DNA of 32,000 nucleotides from Thermoproteus tenax Kra 1 (GTDB lineage: Archaea > Thermoproteota > Thermoprotei > Thermoproteales > Thermoproteaceae). The position numbers and the translations under genes were made by a program. The DNA is taken from NCBI RefSeq assembly GCF_000253055.1, contig NC_016070.1:1650001-1682000 (forward strand), read 5' to 3'. A model generated the notes under the pieces. It had not been told where the DNA came from. It ran no database searches and was given only the letters and a program-made list of their open reading frames with translations. Positions 1 through 9,592 of the stretch are shown in pieces; position 1 is the first letter of the stretch; every line of letters begins with the position of its first letter.

Positions 1-493
1 CCTCCACAGGCTGCTCTATATGATATTCCTTGCCTTTGACCACTATTGCCTTATTGCTGGATATGACGCCGGAGGATAACGACTCGGCCTCGGCCGAGGT
101 CTGCGCTGCGCTGATTATCCTCAAGACGAGTTTTCCGTCTAACATAAGAACCTCGTCTCCCTCCTCGATTACTTCGAAGAACTCACGCCGCGGCACAGGT
201 ACGAAGCCGTCCCCCTTCTCGGCTAATTTAAAGGAGACGCGGGCGCCCGCCGTTATCTGTAGAGGGCGCATAAGGCCGGTCCTGACGCTGGGGCCCCTTA
301 GATCCGCTATAATGGCTATATACCTCCCGCTGGTCTCCTCATACTTCCTCACGGCGTTCACGCGGGCCTCTACCTCCGATGGCGATGCGTGAGACATATT
401 TATCCGCACGCCGTGAACCTTGCTCAACAGGGCCGTTATATCCGGCAGTCTATCAGTCGAAGGCCCCAATGTAGCTACAATTTTAGTGAACAC
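1..493 (-). CDS. pyk: Pyruvate kinase, N-terminal part (runs off the window start)
   Basis: The reverse strand reads from a GTG at 493: VFTKIVATLGPSTDRLPDITALLSKVHGVRINMSHASPSEVEARVNAVRKYEE...IIADLRGPSVRTG. This matches the pyruvate kinase N-terminus (KIVATLGPS, R-NMSH, DLRGP). It is not in the ORF track because it is truncated. Confidence 0.93.
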   Translation of the reverse strand, partial: MFTKIVATLGPSTDRLPDITALLSKVHGVRINMSHASPSEVEARVNAVRKYEETSGRYIAIIADLRGPSVRTGLMRPLQITAGARVSFKLAEKGDGFVPVPRREFFEVIEEGDEVLMLDGKLVLRIISAAQTSAEAESLSSGVISSNKAIVVKGKEYHIEQPVE

Positions 494-513
494 AGATACT
501 ACTCGCGCGATCT

Positions 514-816
514 TTATTTATATGAAGCTATACCGCCCAACTCTCGTATCACTTCATATATGTTTTCATTTTCTACTATCTTCTCTTGTCCTTTATATAC
601 ATCTATCTTTTTTACTCCACATTGATCCAATATATTTTGTATTGAAATTCCCGGAAAAACTCTCGCCCATGATGATATATTTCCAAACTCGTCTACGGCC
701 TTGAGCTCGAGCTCTTTATCTATCAAGAGCCGGCCCTTGCACTTAAGGAAGCTTATTTCGATCCTCAAGCCCCTTTCTCTGGACAGCGATATGAGCGTTT
801 CAAATATTTTCAACAT
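514..816 (-). CDS. Hypothetical protein (100 aa)
   Basis: Open frame in a same-strand gene string, overlapping its upstream neighbour (800..1090). No family recognised. Confidence 0.6.
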   Translation of the reverse strand: MLKIFETLISLSRERGLRIEISFLKCKGRLLIDKELELKAVDEFGNISSWARVFPGISIQNILDQCGVKKIDVYKGQEKIVENENIYEVIRELGGIASYK

Positions 817-1090
817 GTATATTTCTTGGCAGTTTTAATTTATGTGCTGAATAGTAGGTTACAACGCCGTCGTTGCTGACCAGGGCCAGTATCACAGGCG
901 TGGAGATGCTCTCTCCCAAGTTCAACACTCTGTAGAGCTGTCTCAGAGGTTTTTCAACTCCCTCGATCAATACATAGAATAGATAGCGCTCGTTCTTCTC
1001 GGCAATAAAGAGGCCGTCCTCTATCTTCTCGACTATCTTGAATCCCCTCGCCTTGAGGTCCCTCGCGACCTGCTCCTCCAAGACGTCCAT
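800..1090 (-). CDS. Hypothetical protein (96 aa)
   Basis: Open frame of soluble mixed alpha/beta composition, divergent from the uL2 gene. Confidence 0.6.
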   Translation of the reverse strand: MDVLEEQVARDLKARGFKIVEKIEDGLFIAEKNERYLFYVLIEGVEKPLRQLYRVLNLGESISTPVILALVSNDGVVTYYSAHKLKLPRNIHVENI

Positions 1091-1138
1091 CGGAGGGAGT
1101 CGCCCACAATGTTTATATAGCTTGGGTCCCGGGGGCTT

Positions 1139-1870
1139 GTGGGTAAGCGGATACTAGTACAGAGGAGGGGAAGGGGAGGATCTCAGTTTAGATCGCCGAG
1201 CTGGAAGAGAGATGGGCCAGTGAGATATCCCCTTGTGACAGGCTTCGGATACGTGGTAGAGCTACTCCACGAGCCGGGCCTCGATGCGCCGGTTGCTAAA
1301 ATTAAGATGGCCAACGGAACTGAGTTCCTCAATTTCGCCGCAGAGGGCATGTACGTGGGCCAGAGGATAGAGGTCGGAGAGGACGCGCAGGTCAAGCCCG
1401 GGAATATATTGCCCGTGGGTAAGATACCAGAGGGCACTATGGTGTTCAATGTGGAGAAGAGGTACGGCGACGGCGGGAAGTACGCCAGAGCGGGGGGAAC
1501 ATACGCCGTAGTGTTGGCCCACAAAGTCGAAGAGGGGAAGACCACGATCAGGCTCCCCAGCGGCCGAACTATAGATGTGGACTCGAGGGCGCGCGCCACT
1601 GTGGGCATAGTGGCCGGAGGAGGGAGGATAGAAAAGCCTATGTTGAAGGCCGGCGCCAAGTACCATAGAGCTAGGGCCAAGGCTTGGAAGTGGCCCACTG
1701 TGAGGGGCAAGGCCATGAGCCCGTACGCGCACCCGCACGGCGGAGGCAGCCACCCCAAGGGAGGTACTCCGGTGCCCAAGACGGCGCCGCCGGGACAGAA
1801 GGTCGGATTCATCGCTTCGAGGTGTACAGGCCGCGGCTGTAAAAGGGCGCGCGCCCAACAACGGATTTAG
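1139..1870 (+). CDS. rpl2: Large ribosomal subunit protein uL2
   Basis: MGKRILVQRRGRGGSQFRSPSWKRDGPVRYP... and the C-terminal AMSPYAHPHGGGSHPKGGTPVPKTAPPGQKVGFIASRCTGR motif. GTG start. Confidence 0.98.
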   Translation: MGKRILVQRRGRGGSQFRSPSWKRDGPVRYPLVTGFGYVVELLHEPGLDAPVAKIKMANGTEFLNFAAEGMYVGQRIEVGEDAQVKPGNILPVGKIPEGTMVFNVEKRYGDGGKYARAGGTYAVVLAHKVEEGKTTIRLPSGRTIDVDSRARATVGIVAGGGRIEKPMLKAGAKYHRARAKAWKWPTVRGKAMSPYAHPHGGGSHPKGGTPVPKTAPPGQKVGFIASRCTGRGCKRARAQQRI

Positions 1871-2190
1871 CACTCCTTGAGGGCCGAGCCCAACTCCTCT
1901 TGCGCCCTATGATCCCCGCTCAGCTTTATTGCCCTTCTCAGAACGCGCCTGGCTATCTTGGCCGCCTTCTCGTCGTCTAGGCCCCTCCTCTTTATCTCCT
2001 CCTTAAGCTTGGCGCAATCGATGTTTTTGGCGTCTTTGAGCTCCTCGTAGGCCCTCTCCATCTGGAATATCTCAATGGCCCATCCCAGTTGGGCCTCAGG
2101 TATGGGCCAAGTGTAACCGCATGTTGTACACAAGTATTTGCCGGACGATGTGACCTTCACAGCCTTGCTACCACATTTAGGGCAGCTCAT
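1867..2190 (-). CDS. Zinc-ribbon protein with alpha-helical C-terminal half, unknown function
   Basis: MSCPKCGSKAVKVTSSGKYLCTTCGYTW is a CxxC...CxxC ribbon. Converges on uL2 with a 4-nt overlap. Confidence 0.75.
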   Translation of the reverse strand: MSCPKCGSKAVKVTSSGKYLCTTCGYTWPIPEAQLGWAIEIFQMERAYEELKDAKNIDCAKLKEEIKRRGLDDEKAAKIARRVLRRAIKLSGDHRAQEELGSALKEC

Positions 2191-2220
2191 GTGCTAGCGG
2201 CGCGTCCTATGTTATAATAG

Positions 2221-3297
2221 TCAACATATAATACCTCTCTGTCTAAGCCAACCCTCAAGGCGCGGCGACAAGACCTTGGGCGCCCTCTTCAGCTCCTCTA
2301 CGTTGGCGCTGCCCGTTAGAAACATTGCTGTCCTAAGGCCCATGTGGATCTTGCGGAGGGCCTCCACTACTCTGTCCTCCATAGCGGCCTTCAGCAGAGG
2401 CTGTGACGCAGAAAAGAAGTCCGCGCCGAGGCTCAGCGCCCTCGCGCCGTCGAGACCCGACCTAATGCCGCCCGACGCTATAATTGGGCCTTTAAATGCC
2501 GACCTTACCTCGCATATGGCCGCTGCCGTGGGGATGCCCCACGTTCTGAAATCCTCTGAAACCTCATAGAGCTGAGGCGCCTCAGGCTTGGCGCGGAGGC
2601 CCTCTATAGCCACAAAGGAGGTTCCGCCGAGACCTGCCACGTCGATTATATCGGCTACGCCGTCCAGCGCCTGGGCCACTTCCCTCGAAATGCCGTTGCC
2701 CACCTCCTTGACTACTAATGGAACCTTCAGGGCACTCTTTATGAACTTGAGTTTGTCTAAGACGCCCTTGAAATAGGGCTCTCCCTCAGGCTGAAACACC
2801 TCCTGTGCCGGGTTTAAGTGTACTGCCAGTGCTGCTGCATCTATCATTGCCACTGCCTCCTCGGCCCAACGTAGTATCTCGCCCTCGGGGAGCCTCGCTA
2901 TCTGGGGCGCCCCCAGATTGGCTATCTTGGGCACTGACGGCGCGTATTGTTTCACAACCTCGAAGCTCCTCCTGGCCTCAGGTTTGAGTATGCCGATCCT
3001 CTGGGAGCCCACGTACATGGGAACTCCGACTTCCTCGGCGGCTTTCGCCAACCTTGTGTTTATCTTCTCTGCTAGCTCCGTCCCGCCCGTCATGGCACCT
3101 ATTATAAAGGGCATTGATATTCTGCGGCCGAGGAAGTCGGCCTTGGTGTCGACCTCCTCGAGATCCAGCTCTGGCAGCGCTTTGTGTATCAACACCACGT
3201 CCTCCAACCAGCTGTCCCCCACTTGCGACTCCGGCGCTGAGGCCAGATATATATGGTCGTTCTTCCTCTTATCAATCATAGAATAATATGCTGGCAT
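2221..3297 (-). CDS. fni: Isopentenyl-diphosphate delta-isomerase, type 2 (FMN-dependent). The true start is probably the internal Met at about 3279
   Basis: [60 protein letters not shown] motifs. Confidence 0.95.
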   Translation of the reverse strand: MPAYYSMIDKRKNDHIYLASAPESQVGDSWLEDVVLIHKALPELDLEEVDTKADFLGRRISMPFIIGAMTGGTELAEKINTRLAKAAEEVGVPMYVGSQRIGILKPEARRSFEVVKQYAPSVPKIANLGAPQIARLPEGEILRWAEEAVAMIDAAALAVHLNPAQEVFQPEGEPYFKGVLDKLKFIKSALKVPLVVKEVGNGISREVAQALDGVADIIDVAGLGGTSFVAIEGLRAKPEAPQLYEVSEDFRTWGIPTAAAICEVRSAFKGPIIASGGIRSGLDGARALSLGADFFSASQPLLKAAMEDRVVEALRKIHMGLRTAMFLTGSANVEELKRAPKVLSPRLEGWLRQRGIIC

Positions 3298-4117
3298 ATC
3301 CGACGGTCTCCTCGACGTATCCGCTCGTGTCGCCCGAGGTGGCGTGTTTCAATAATCTCGCCTTGAACCCTAGCTCGGACGCGGCCCTCATTAACGCCCC
3401 TACCGCGCCCGGACCGCATGCAGATATGTCGTACTTAGATAGGACTTCGAAGAATCTATCTACGTCTCCCTCCACGATCTCCTTAATGGCTACCTCGTCT
3501 TTCTTCACTGTTATCTCGTGGTGCTCGTAGTGGTTGAAGTCGCTACTGGCGAGGACGTAGACCTTCTTGTTGTGCTTTGAAATAACTCTGGCCAGCGCCG
3601 ACCCCAGCTCCTTGGCCACTGAGGGAGTCTGTCTCCACAGAGCGATGGGCACTATCTTTACGTCGCCAAAAAAGTATTGAAGGAAGGGCAACTGGACCTC
3701 TATTGAGTGCTCCCTTGAAAACGCATAGAAGTCGTCCTCTAATGCCTTATATTCTCTAATAAGCCCCTCGGCGAGCTCCTCATCGACAGACAGAGAGCCT
3801 AGCGGCGTCTCCCAGACGCCGGACCTCATTATGGCCACAGGGGAGCCCACGCCGTAGTGGTTGGGCCCCACTATCACGACTGAGTCCGGCGCTCCGAAAC
3901 TCCTCAAGGCGGCGTATGCCCACGCGGCCACGGGACCTGAATAGATGTAACCAGCGTGAGGAACCACGGCCCCCAGCGCCCTTGTTCCCTCCAACTTCAA
4001 CGTCTCAGATCCAGGGCCCACCTCGTGGCGCACGGCCCACTTGATTCTCTCCAGAAGGGCTTCTCTCTCGGCCTCATAGAAATAGCCGGCTACAGCCGGC
4101 CTTCTGACTTTATGCAT
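3272..4117 (-). CDS. MEMO1 family protein (AmmeMemoRadiSam system protein B-like)
   Basis: [53 protein letters not shown] motifs. Confidence 0.95.
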   Translation of the reverse strand: MHKVRRPAVAGYFYEAEREALLERIKWAVRHEVGPGSETLKLEGTRALGAVVPHAGYIYSGPVAAWAYAALRSFGAPDSVVIVGPNHYGVGSPVAIMRSGVWETPLGSLSVDEELAEGLIREYKALEDDFYAFSREHSIEVQLPFLQYFFGDVKIVPIALWRQTPSVAKELGSALARVISKHNKKVYVLASSDFNHYEHHEITVKKDEVAIKEIVEGDVDRFFEVLSKYDISACGPGAVGALMRAASELGFKARLLKHATSGDTSGYVEETVGYASILFYD

Positions 4118-4137
4118 GAAGATAATTTCTTCCCTAT

Positions 4138-4770
4138 TTATTTAGCCTCAACGAACCGGGTCTCAAAGTCCTCGGGCTGGACTGGCAAGTCTTGATCCGG
4201 TTTCAGTTCTCCTCTTTCTCTCAAAACTTGGCGGGCCAGTATCCAGAAGATTAGGGCCAGACTGCGTCTTCCTTTGTTGTTGCAAGGTATCATCAAATCG
4301 ATGAAGTCGATAGGAGTATCCGTATCCACTAAGGCCACTGTGGGTATGCCCATATCGGCTGCCTCCTTGACAGCTTGGGAGTCCAACTTGGGGTCCACTA
4401 CCATCAAGAGGTCTATCTCCATATAGTTAGGCAGATATGGGTTGGTGAGAGAGCCTGGAGTGAATCTCCCGGCTATATATCTACATCCAGTATATTTGCA
4501 GAACATCTCGATGGGCTTGAAGCCGTAGGGCCTCGTCGTATGGACCAACACCCTATCTGGGCTGTATCTAGCTATGAACTTCGCTGCGATCCTAAGCCTC
4601 TCATCTATCTTCCTTATGTCAAATATTCGGAGACCGTCGGGCCTCACGGCGAAGATGAAGCCCCTTCTCTCCAAGTACTTGTTGGACATCTTTGTGCCAA
4701 GCCTTATGCCCGAAGATAGGTATCTCTCCAGAGGGACTAAATACTCGTATCCCTCGCCGGCTTCGCTCAT
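4138..4770 (-). CDS. rps2: Small ribosomal subunit protein uS2
   Basis: [43 protein letters not shown]...[34 protein letters not shown]. Confidence 0.97.
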   Translation of the reverse strand: MSEAGEGYEYLVPLERYLSSGIRLGTKMSNKYLERRGFIFAVRPDGLRIFDIRKIDERLRIAAKFIARYSPDRVLVHTTRPYGFKPIEMFCKYTGCRYIAGRFTPGSLTNPYLPNYMEIDLLMVVDPKLDSQAVKEAADMGIPTVALVDTDTPIDFIDLMIPCNNKGRRSLALIFWILARQVLRERGELKPDQDLPVQPEDFETRFVEAK

Positions 4771-4893
4771 CGAAGCCCTCTATCAACCCCTTTTTATTAT
4801 TTTTCCCTACTCAGAACCCAGATTTCTCCTCACAAAATCAGCGATGACGGGCCTACGTCATTCGTCCGTATAAAAAGGTGCATAAATAAAAGT

Positions 4894-5376
4894 GTGTGCA
4901 ACGATCTCTCGGACTTCATGGAGTGGTTCTACCAGAACTACTCAGCAGTACTGGGGCTCTATAGGCCGTATATAGCCGTCCTTGGGGACGTGGTGATAGC
5001 GGGTATACACTATACCAAGGCCTCGCCCGTGGCTGGAGGCGTGCCCGTGGGAGTCGTGGTCCACGGGTCAGGCGGAGTCGTTAAGGTCTACTGCAGTCTA
5101 CCCATAGCTTGCGCCGAGTCTGAATCGAGGGTTGTGGTAAAACAAGTGTTTACATCAACGATATCTAGGTACGAGGCAGCGCTTCCTCTCAAGGACGAGT
5201 TAGGATTTGATACAATATGTTTGAATAATACTGTAACAATAATTAAAGAAATTGTTTGTGATAATATTTATAATTATTTAAGTCAATATATAATATTATG
5301 TGGATTGTTAAACAAATGGGCCAGAGCCGGCGGCAACGTTGCCGAGGAGTTCTGGCAGTTCGTCTCAAGGCTTTAG
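4894..5376 (+). CDS. Hypothetical protein (up to 160 aa; an ATG start at about 4918 is possible)
   Basis: Single open frame ending 23 bp before element A. No recognised family. Base composition changes abruptly inside the gene (AT-rich 5220-5300). Confidence 0.45.
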   Translation: MCNDLSDFMEWFYQNYSAVLGLYRPYIAVLGDVVIAGIHYTKASPVAGGVPVGVVVHGSGGVVKVYCSLPIACAESESRVVVKQVFTSTISRYEAALPLKDELGFDTICLNNTVTIIKEIVCDNIYNYLSQYIILCGLLNKWARAGGNVAEEFWQFVSRL

Positions 5377-5399
5377 CACAACCACTTTACAACCGAAAG

Positions 5400-5638
5400 C
5401 CTCGCCCTTTAGGGCGGGGATGGATTTGAGCATCTATAACTTTCATGGCAGAGCTGGTGAAGAGGGCTGAGAAGGGCTTAAACAGCGGTGCGTTCAACGC
5501 GGCGGCGCGGGCCAACGGCGGATGGCCCTGGCAGAGGGACGCCGCAATGCCCGCCCCAGCCGCGGCCCATTAACCCCGGGCAACGGGCGAGGCCCCCACA
5601 GTGAGGTCCCCGCCCTTCAAGGCTGGGAGGGGGGTCAT
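5400..5638 (+). mobile_element. Element A: tnpB-less IS200/IS605-type remnant (about 239 bp) with 5' hairpin and omega-RNA-like 3' end
   Basis: Begins CCTCGCCCtttaGGGCGGGG. Ends ATTAACCCCGGGCAACGGGCGAGGCCCCCACAGTGAGGTCCCCGCCCTTCAAGGCTGGGAGGGGGGTCAT. Both ends align with elements B and C. Confidence 0.7.
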
Positions 5639-5830
5639 CGAATAGGAACGCCGGTTCATTCGCTTCATCGGAGGTGGACGCCACGGCGAGCTTCAGAGCC
5701 GTCTGATTGAACTTTTTAGTAAGCAGGTGGTTCATCTGGAGGCAGAGCCACCTCAGCTCAAAGTTGAGAATTTTTTCTGTTCCACCAACTTAATTACTAT
5801 ATTTTACATAGAATTTTACATAGAAGGAGA

Positions 5831-5864
5831 CTCCGGTCCCGGGGCCCGGCGAACTGGGCGCAAG
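5831..5864 (+). repeat. 34-bp GC-rich repeat, copy 1
   Basis: CTCCGGTCCCGGGGCCCGGCGAACTGGGCGCAAG is 33/34 identical to 15725-15758. Confidence 0.85.
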
Positions 5865-6009
5865 GCCGGTCCCCAACGGCCCGGAGCCCCTCACCCGGAG
5901 TTGCCGGAGGGCGGCTCCGGGCAGGCCGAACCTTGCCCCGAGAGAGGGCCGGGGCGCCGCCACTTAAAGGGGGGCATATAAGATATATTTAGACTTCGAG
6001 ATAACCGTC

Positions 6010-6933
6010 ATGAGTAATATCAAGGTGAACATACGCGGCGGCGCCGCGCCGCCGGGCTCTCTCGCCGACTATTTAAAAAATGTAAAATTAAAGCTGATGA
6101 CGATATCCGGTAAAGGCGGCGTCGGCAAGTCCTTTGTGAGCGCCGCGGTAGCCTTGGGCTTTGCCCTAAGAGGATATAGAGTTGGTATTCTTGACGGCGA
6201 TATATATGGCCCAACTATACCTAAGATGCTCGGAATGAGCGACGCCACTTTATACGCCGATTCAAAGACTGGCAAGATAATACCTGCGGTCGGACCCCTC
6301 GGCGTTAAGGTCGTCTCCATCGACTTTATGTTGCCAAGCGAGGATACAGCGGTGATATGGAGGGGGGCCTTGGTAACTCAAGCGCTCAGAGACTTCATCT
6401 CGCAAGTGGACTGGGGCGCCCTAGATGTGCTCATAGTGGACTTGCCGCCCGGCACTGGAGATGCGCCGTTGACCATCGCGCAGAGTCTCCAGGGCGGCAT
6501 CGACGGTAGTATTATAGTGACAATACCGTCTGAGGTCTCCCGCCGCATTGTAGTAAAGGCCATAGACTTCTCTAGGAAGGTGCGCGTTCCAATAGCTGGC
6601 ATTGTTGAGAATATGTGCTGCTTTGTATGTCCAGATAATGGAAAAATATACTATATACTAGGCGAAGGTGCTGGAAGAAAAATAGCAGAGAAAATGAATG
6701 TGCCGTTCTTGGGCCAGATACCGATGGATCCGGAGCTCTCTAAACACCTAGACGGCGGGAGGCTCCACGAGTTCCTTTCGTCGAACAACGCTACAACTAA
6801 GTATATAGAGGAGATAGTCGGCGCTCTCATCTCCAAATACGGCGAAAAGTTGAAACAGGAGATTAAGGAGGAGAGGCCGAAGAGGGTGTCCCTAATGAAG
6901 CTACCCGGAGAGGACGAGGACCAAGAATCCTAA
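6010..6933 (+). CDS. Mrp/ApbC/NBP35-family P-loop ATPase (probable Fe-S cluster carrier)
   Basis: ISGKGGVGKSFVSAAVALGFALRGYRVGILDGDIYGPTIPKMLG...DVLIVDLPPGTGDAPLTIAQS...GIVENMCCFVCPD. Confidence 0.95.
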   Translation: MSNIKVNIRGGAAPPGSLADYLKNVKLKLMTISGKGGVGKSFVSAAVALGFALRGYRVGILDGDIYGPTIPKMLGMSDATLYADSKTGKIIPAVGPLGVKVVSIDFMLPSEDTAVIWRGALVTQALRDFISQVDWGALDVLIVDLPPGTGDAPLTIAQSLQGGIDGSIIVTIPSEVSRRIVVKAIDFSRKVRVPIAGIVENMCCFVCPDNGKIYYILGEGAGRKIAEKMNVPFLGQIPMDPELSKHLDGGRLHEFLSSNNATTKYIEEIVGALISKYGEKLKQEIKEERPKRVSLMKLPGEDEDQES

Positions 6934-7034
6934 CGCCTGCAATACAGCCTCCTTTGTGGCGCCCGGTTTCCTCGGGCGATCAGCCGCGCTCGGCAACGCC
7001 GTGCCTTGAATTAGCTACGATGCTGTTTTATTGA

Positions 7035-7800
7035 CGCGTTCGGTTAAGTTGTAGCAAGTCGTTGGGAAAGTTCTTTATTCCGTTGCAGAAACGCGGCGGC
7101 TGGAGGCTGAAATCGCAGCCGAGGCTAAAGTTGGACGAGAGGGGGATCGCCTATGTCCACTTCGTCTTCAAGAGGGCAGCTGAGGAGGAACCGGCCTCCG
7201 GAGTCGTCTCCGTCGACCTCGATGAGAACAATGTGGCTGTGAAGGCCGGCGGCAGGGTATACATCCTTGAGACTGGGATCTGAGACATCACGCTCGGCTA
7301 CCACGCCCGAAGGGAGATCCAGCGGTTCCTTAAGGGCAACCGCTATACTAGTCGGGCTCTTAAGCACAACGAGCTAAACAGGAAGAACGATGTCCGCAGA
7401 AAGGCGGCCAATTTGATAGTGAGGGAGACCGAGAGGCTGGGCGCCGCAATCGCCGTCGAAAATCTGCCGAGGGAAGCGCCGAAGAACATGACCAAAACGT
7501 AGACGGCCCAGTGCTTAGGGACAGAATATACCGAGTCGGCTTCGGAGGCATGCTGAGGGAGATTGTACGGAAGGCGAGGGAACGCGGCATCCCGGTGATA
7601 AGGGTTAATCCAAGGGGCACCTCCTCCGCCTGCCCGCGGTGCGGGCTTGTGAGGGGCCCTGCCCCGAGGCTCCACCTCTGCCCCCGCTGCGGGTGAGTGG
7701 GGGAGGGGGCGTCGTTGCCGTTATAAACATTGAGGGGCGCGCCCTGGAGGGAGCCAAGCGCCGCCCGGCCCCATGTCCGCGCCTGAGGTATCCTGGATGC
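7035..7800 (+). pseudogene. tnpB: Decayed IS200/IS605-family tnpB
   Basis: TnpB-like blocks occur in shifting frames: VVSVDLDENNVAV, then ITLGYHARREIQRF...VRRKAANLIVRETERLGAAIAVENLPREAPKN, then RDRIYRVGFGGMLREIVRKARERGIPVIRVNPRGTSSACPRCG...LHLCPRCG, then VVAVINIE. They are interrupted by stops and frameshifts. Confidence 0.85.
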
Positions 7801-7880
7801 CGATGAAGGCGTGGGCGAGGAGAAAGTCCCTAGGCGCGATTAATCAGCAAAAATCAGTAATGACCGCCTAGGGATAAACG

Positions 7881-7888
7881 ATTATATA
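7881..7888 (+). promoter_or_regulatory. TATA-box-like element of glyA (leaderless, ATG at 7907)
   Basis: ATTATATA lies about 26 nt upstream of the ATG at 7907. Confidence 0.6.
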
Positions 7889-7894
7889 GGGCGG

Positions 7895-9205
7895 TTGTTT
7901 TGTACCATGGCGTATCCAGGAGATCTGGAAAAGATGCTTAATCTCGTAATGGAGCACAACAAGTGGAGACGTAGAGAGACTGTGAACCTCATAGCGTCTG
8001 AGAACGTTATGTCGCCTCTGGCTGAGCTGATCTACCTTAACGATCTAATGGGAAGATACGCCGAGGGAACTGTGGGCAAAAGATATTACAAGGGCACCAA
8101 GTATGTGGACCAGATAGAGGGGGCGTTGGCCAATGCGTTCGCCGACGTGCTCGGCGCTAAATACGTCGACGTACGACCTATATCGGGCACCGTGGCCAAT
8201 CTAGCTACATATTATGCGTTGGCGCCCGAGGGCGGAGTGATCGCCTCGCTGTCCACTAGGGCCGGCGGCCACATAAGTCACAACCAAGTGGGAGGGCCGA
8301 AGGCCCTGAAATTTAGAGTCGTGGAGCTCCCCTGGGATGTTGAACGTTTTAACATAGATGTAGACGGAGCTAGAAGAGTCATTGAAGAGAACAAACCGCG
8401 TATTGTGTTGTTGGGGGCCTCCCTCTATCTATTCCCGCACCCTGTGAGGGAGATCGCCGAGATCGCCCACAGTGTAGGCTCCTACGTCATCCACGACTCT
8501 GCCCACGTCTTCGGCCTAATAGTGGGAGGGAGATTTCCCAACCCGCTTAAGGAGGGGGCCGACGTCACCACCTCGTCTACACACAAGACATTTCCGGGTC
8601 CCCAAGGCGGCCTTATAGCCAGCGGGCTTGAGGGCGAGGTGAACGAGGCCATATCTAGGGGGGTCTTCCCCGTCTTCACCTCTAACTACCACATGCACAG
8701 ATATGCGGCCACCTACGTCACCTTAGTCGAAATGCGCGAGTTCGGCGAGCAATATGCCGACCAGATCGTTAGAAACGCCAGAGCCCTCGCTGAGGCGCTC
8801 CACGCGAACGGCTTCGATGTAGTCGCCGAGGGGCTGGGCTTCACTAGGACGCACCAAGTGGCTGTAGACGTCTCAAAATTCGGAGGCGGGGAGGTCGTCT
8901 CGAGCCTGCTAGAGGACGCCAACATAATAGTCAACAAGAATATGCTACCTTGGGATAAAAGTGCTGTTAAGCCCAGCGGCATAAGGCTCGGCGTACAAGA
9001 AGCGACCAGATGGGGCATGCGCGAGGGCGAGATGGCTGAGATAGCAAGCTTCTTCAAGAGCGTGTTAATCGATGGAGTAGAGCCCGCTAAAGTGAGGGAG
9101 AAGGTGGTTGAGTTTAGGAGAAACTTCCTGGAGGTTAAGTACGGCTATAAGATAGATGCCGAGTTTGCTAGAGGGTTCCTCAGAGACCTCGGCATATTCC
9201 TCTAG
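7895..9205 (+). CDS. glyA: Serine hydroxymethyltransferase (likely true start ATG 7907)
   Basis: [58 protein letters not shown] motifs. Confidence 0.97.
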   Translation: MFCTMAYPGDLEKMLNLVMEHNKWRRRETVNLIASENVMSPLAELIYLNDLMGRYAEGTVGKRYYKGTKYVDQIEGALANAFADVLGAKYVDVRPISGTVANLATYYALAPEGGVIASLSTRAGGHISHNQVGGPKALKFRVVELPWDVERFNIDVDGARRVIEENKPRIVLLGASLYLFPHPVREIAEIAHSVGSYVIHDSAHVFGLIVGGRFPNPLKEGADVTTSSTHKTFPGPQGGLIASGLEGEVNEAISRGVFPVFTSNYHMHRYAATYVTLVEMREFGEQYADQIVRNARALAEALHANGFDVVAEGLGFTRTHQVAVDVSKFGGGEVVSSLLEDANIIVNKNMLPWDKSAVKPSGIRLGVQEATRWGMREGEMAEIASFFKSVLIDGVEPAKVREKVVEFRRNFLEVKYGYKIDAEFARGFLRDLGIFL

Positions 9206-9368
9206 AGGCATAGCCAGCTCCTGTTGCGCTTCCGCTTTTCCGCCGGAACAGCTCTCGGGAGCTATCGTCTCAGTCTCTAGAGGGGCTCAGACGCGCTCCC
9301 AACCTAGATCAGCGGCGCTTCTCCTCTAGCCCGAGGGCGGTTCTCTTCTTGACATTGAAAACAGCAAG

Positions 9369-9587
9369 CCTCGCCCTTTAGGGCGGGGTAGGTTTTTCTA
9401 TAGCAGAGCTGATGAAGAGGCGAGAAAGGCCTAAATAGCGCGTTCAATACGGCGGGGCGGCCAACGGCAGATGGTCCCGGCGGGGGACGTCATAATGCCC
9501 GCTCCGCCGAGTGTCCATAACCCCGGAGGGGGACAACGAGCGAGGCCCCGCAGTGCGGATCCCGCCTAAGGCGGGGAGCGCGGTCAT
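9369..9587 (+). mobile_element. Element B: tnpB-less IS200/IS605-type remnant (219 bp)
   Basis: Begins CCTCGCCCtttaGGGCGGGG. Ends CATAACCCCGGAGGGGGACAACGAGCGAGGCCCCGCAGTGCGGATCCCGCCTAAGGCGGGGAGCGCGGTCAT. Shares the internal 'GCAGAGCTGRTGAAGAG' and 'GCGTTCAAyrCGGCGG' blocks with element A. Confidence 0.7.
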
Positions 9588-9592
9588 AGTTC

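Noticed and set aside
30-392. 120-aa plus-strand ORF
   Set aside because: It is antisense to the pyruvate kinase coding sequence, which has clear conserved motifs.
5478-5735. 85-aa minus-strand and 62-aa plus-strand ORFs inside element A
   Set aside because: Fortuitous frames in GC-rich sequence. They overlap each other and do not extend across the three elements.
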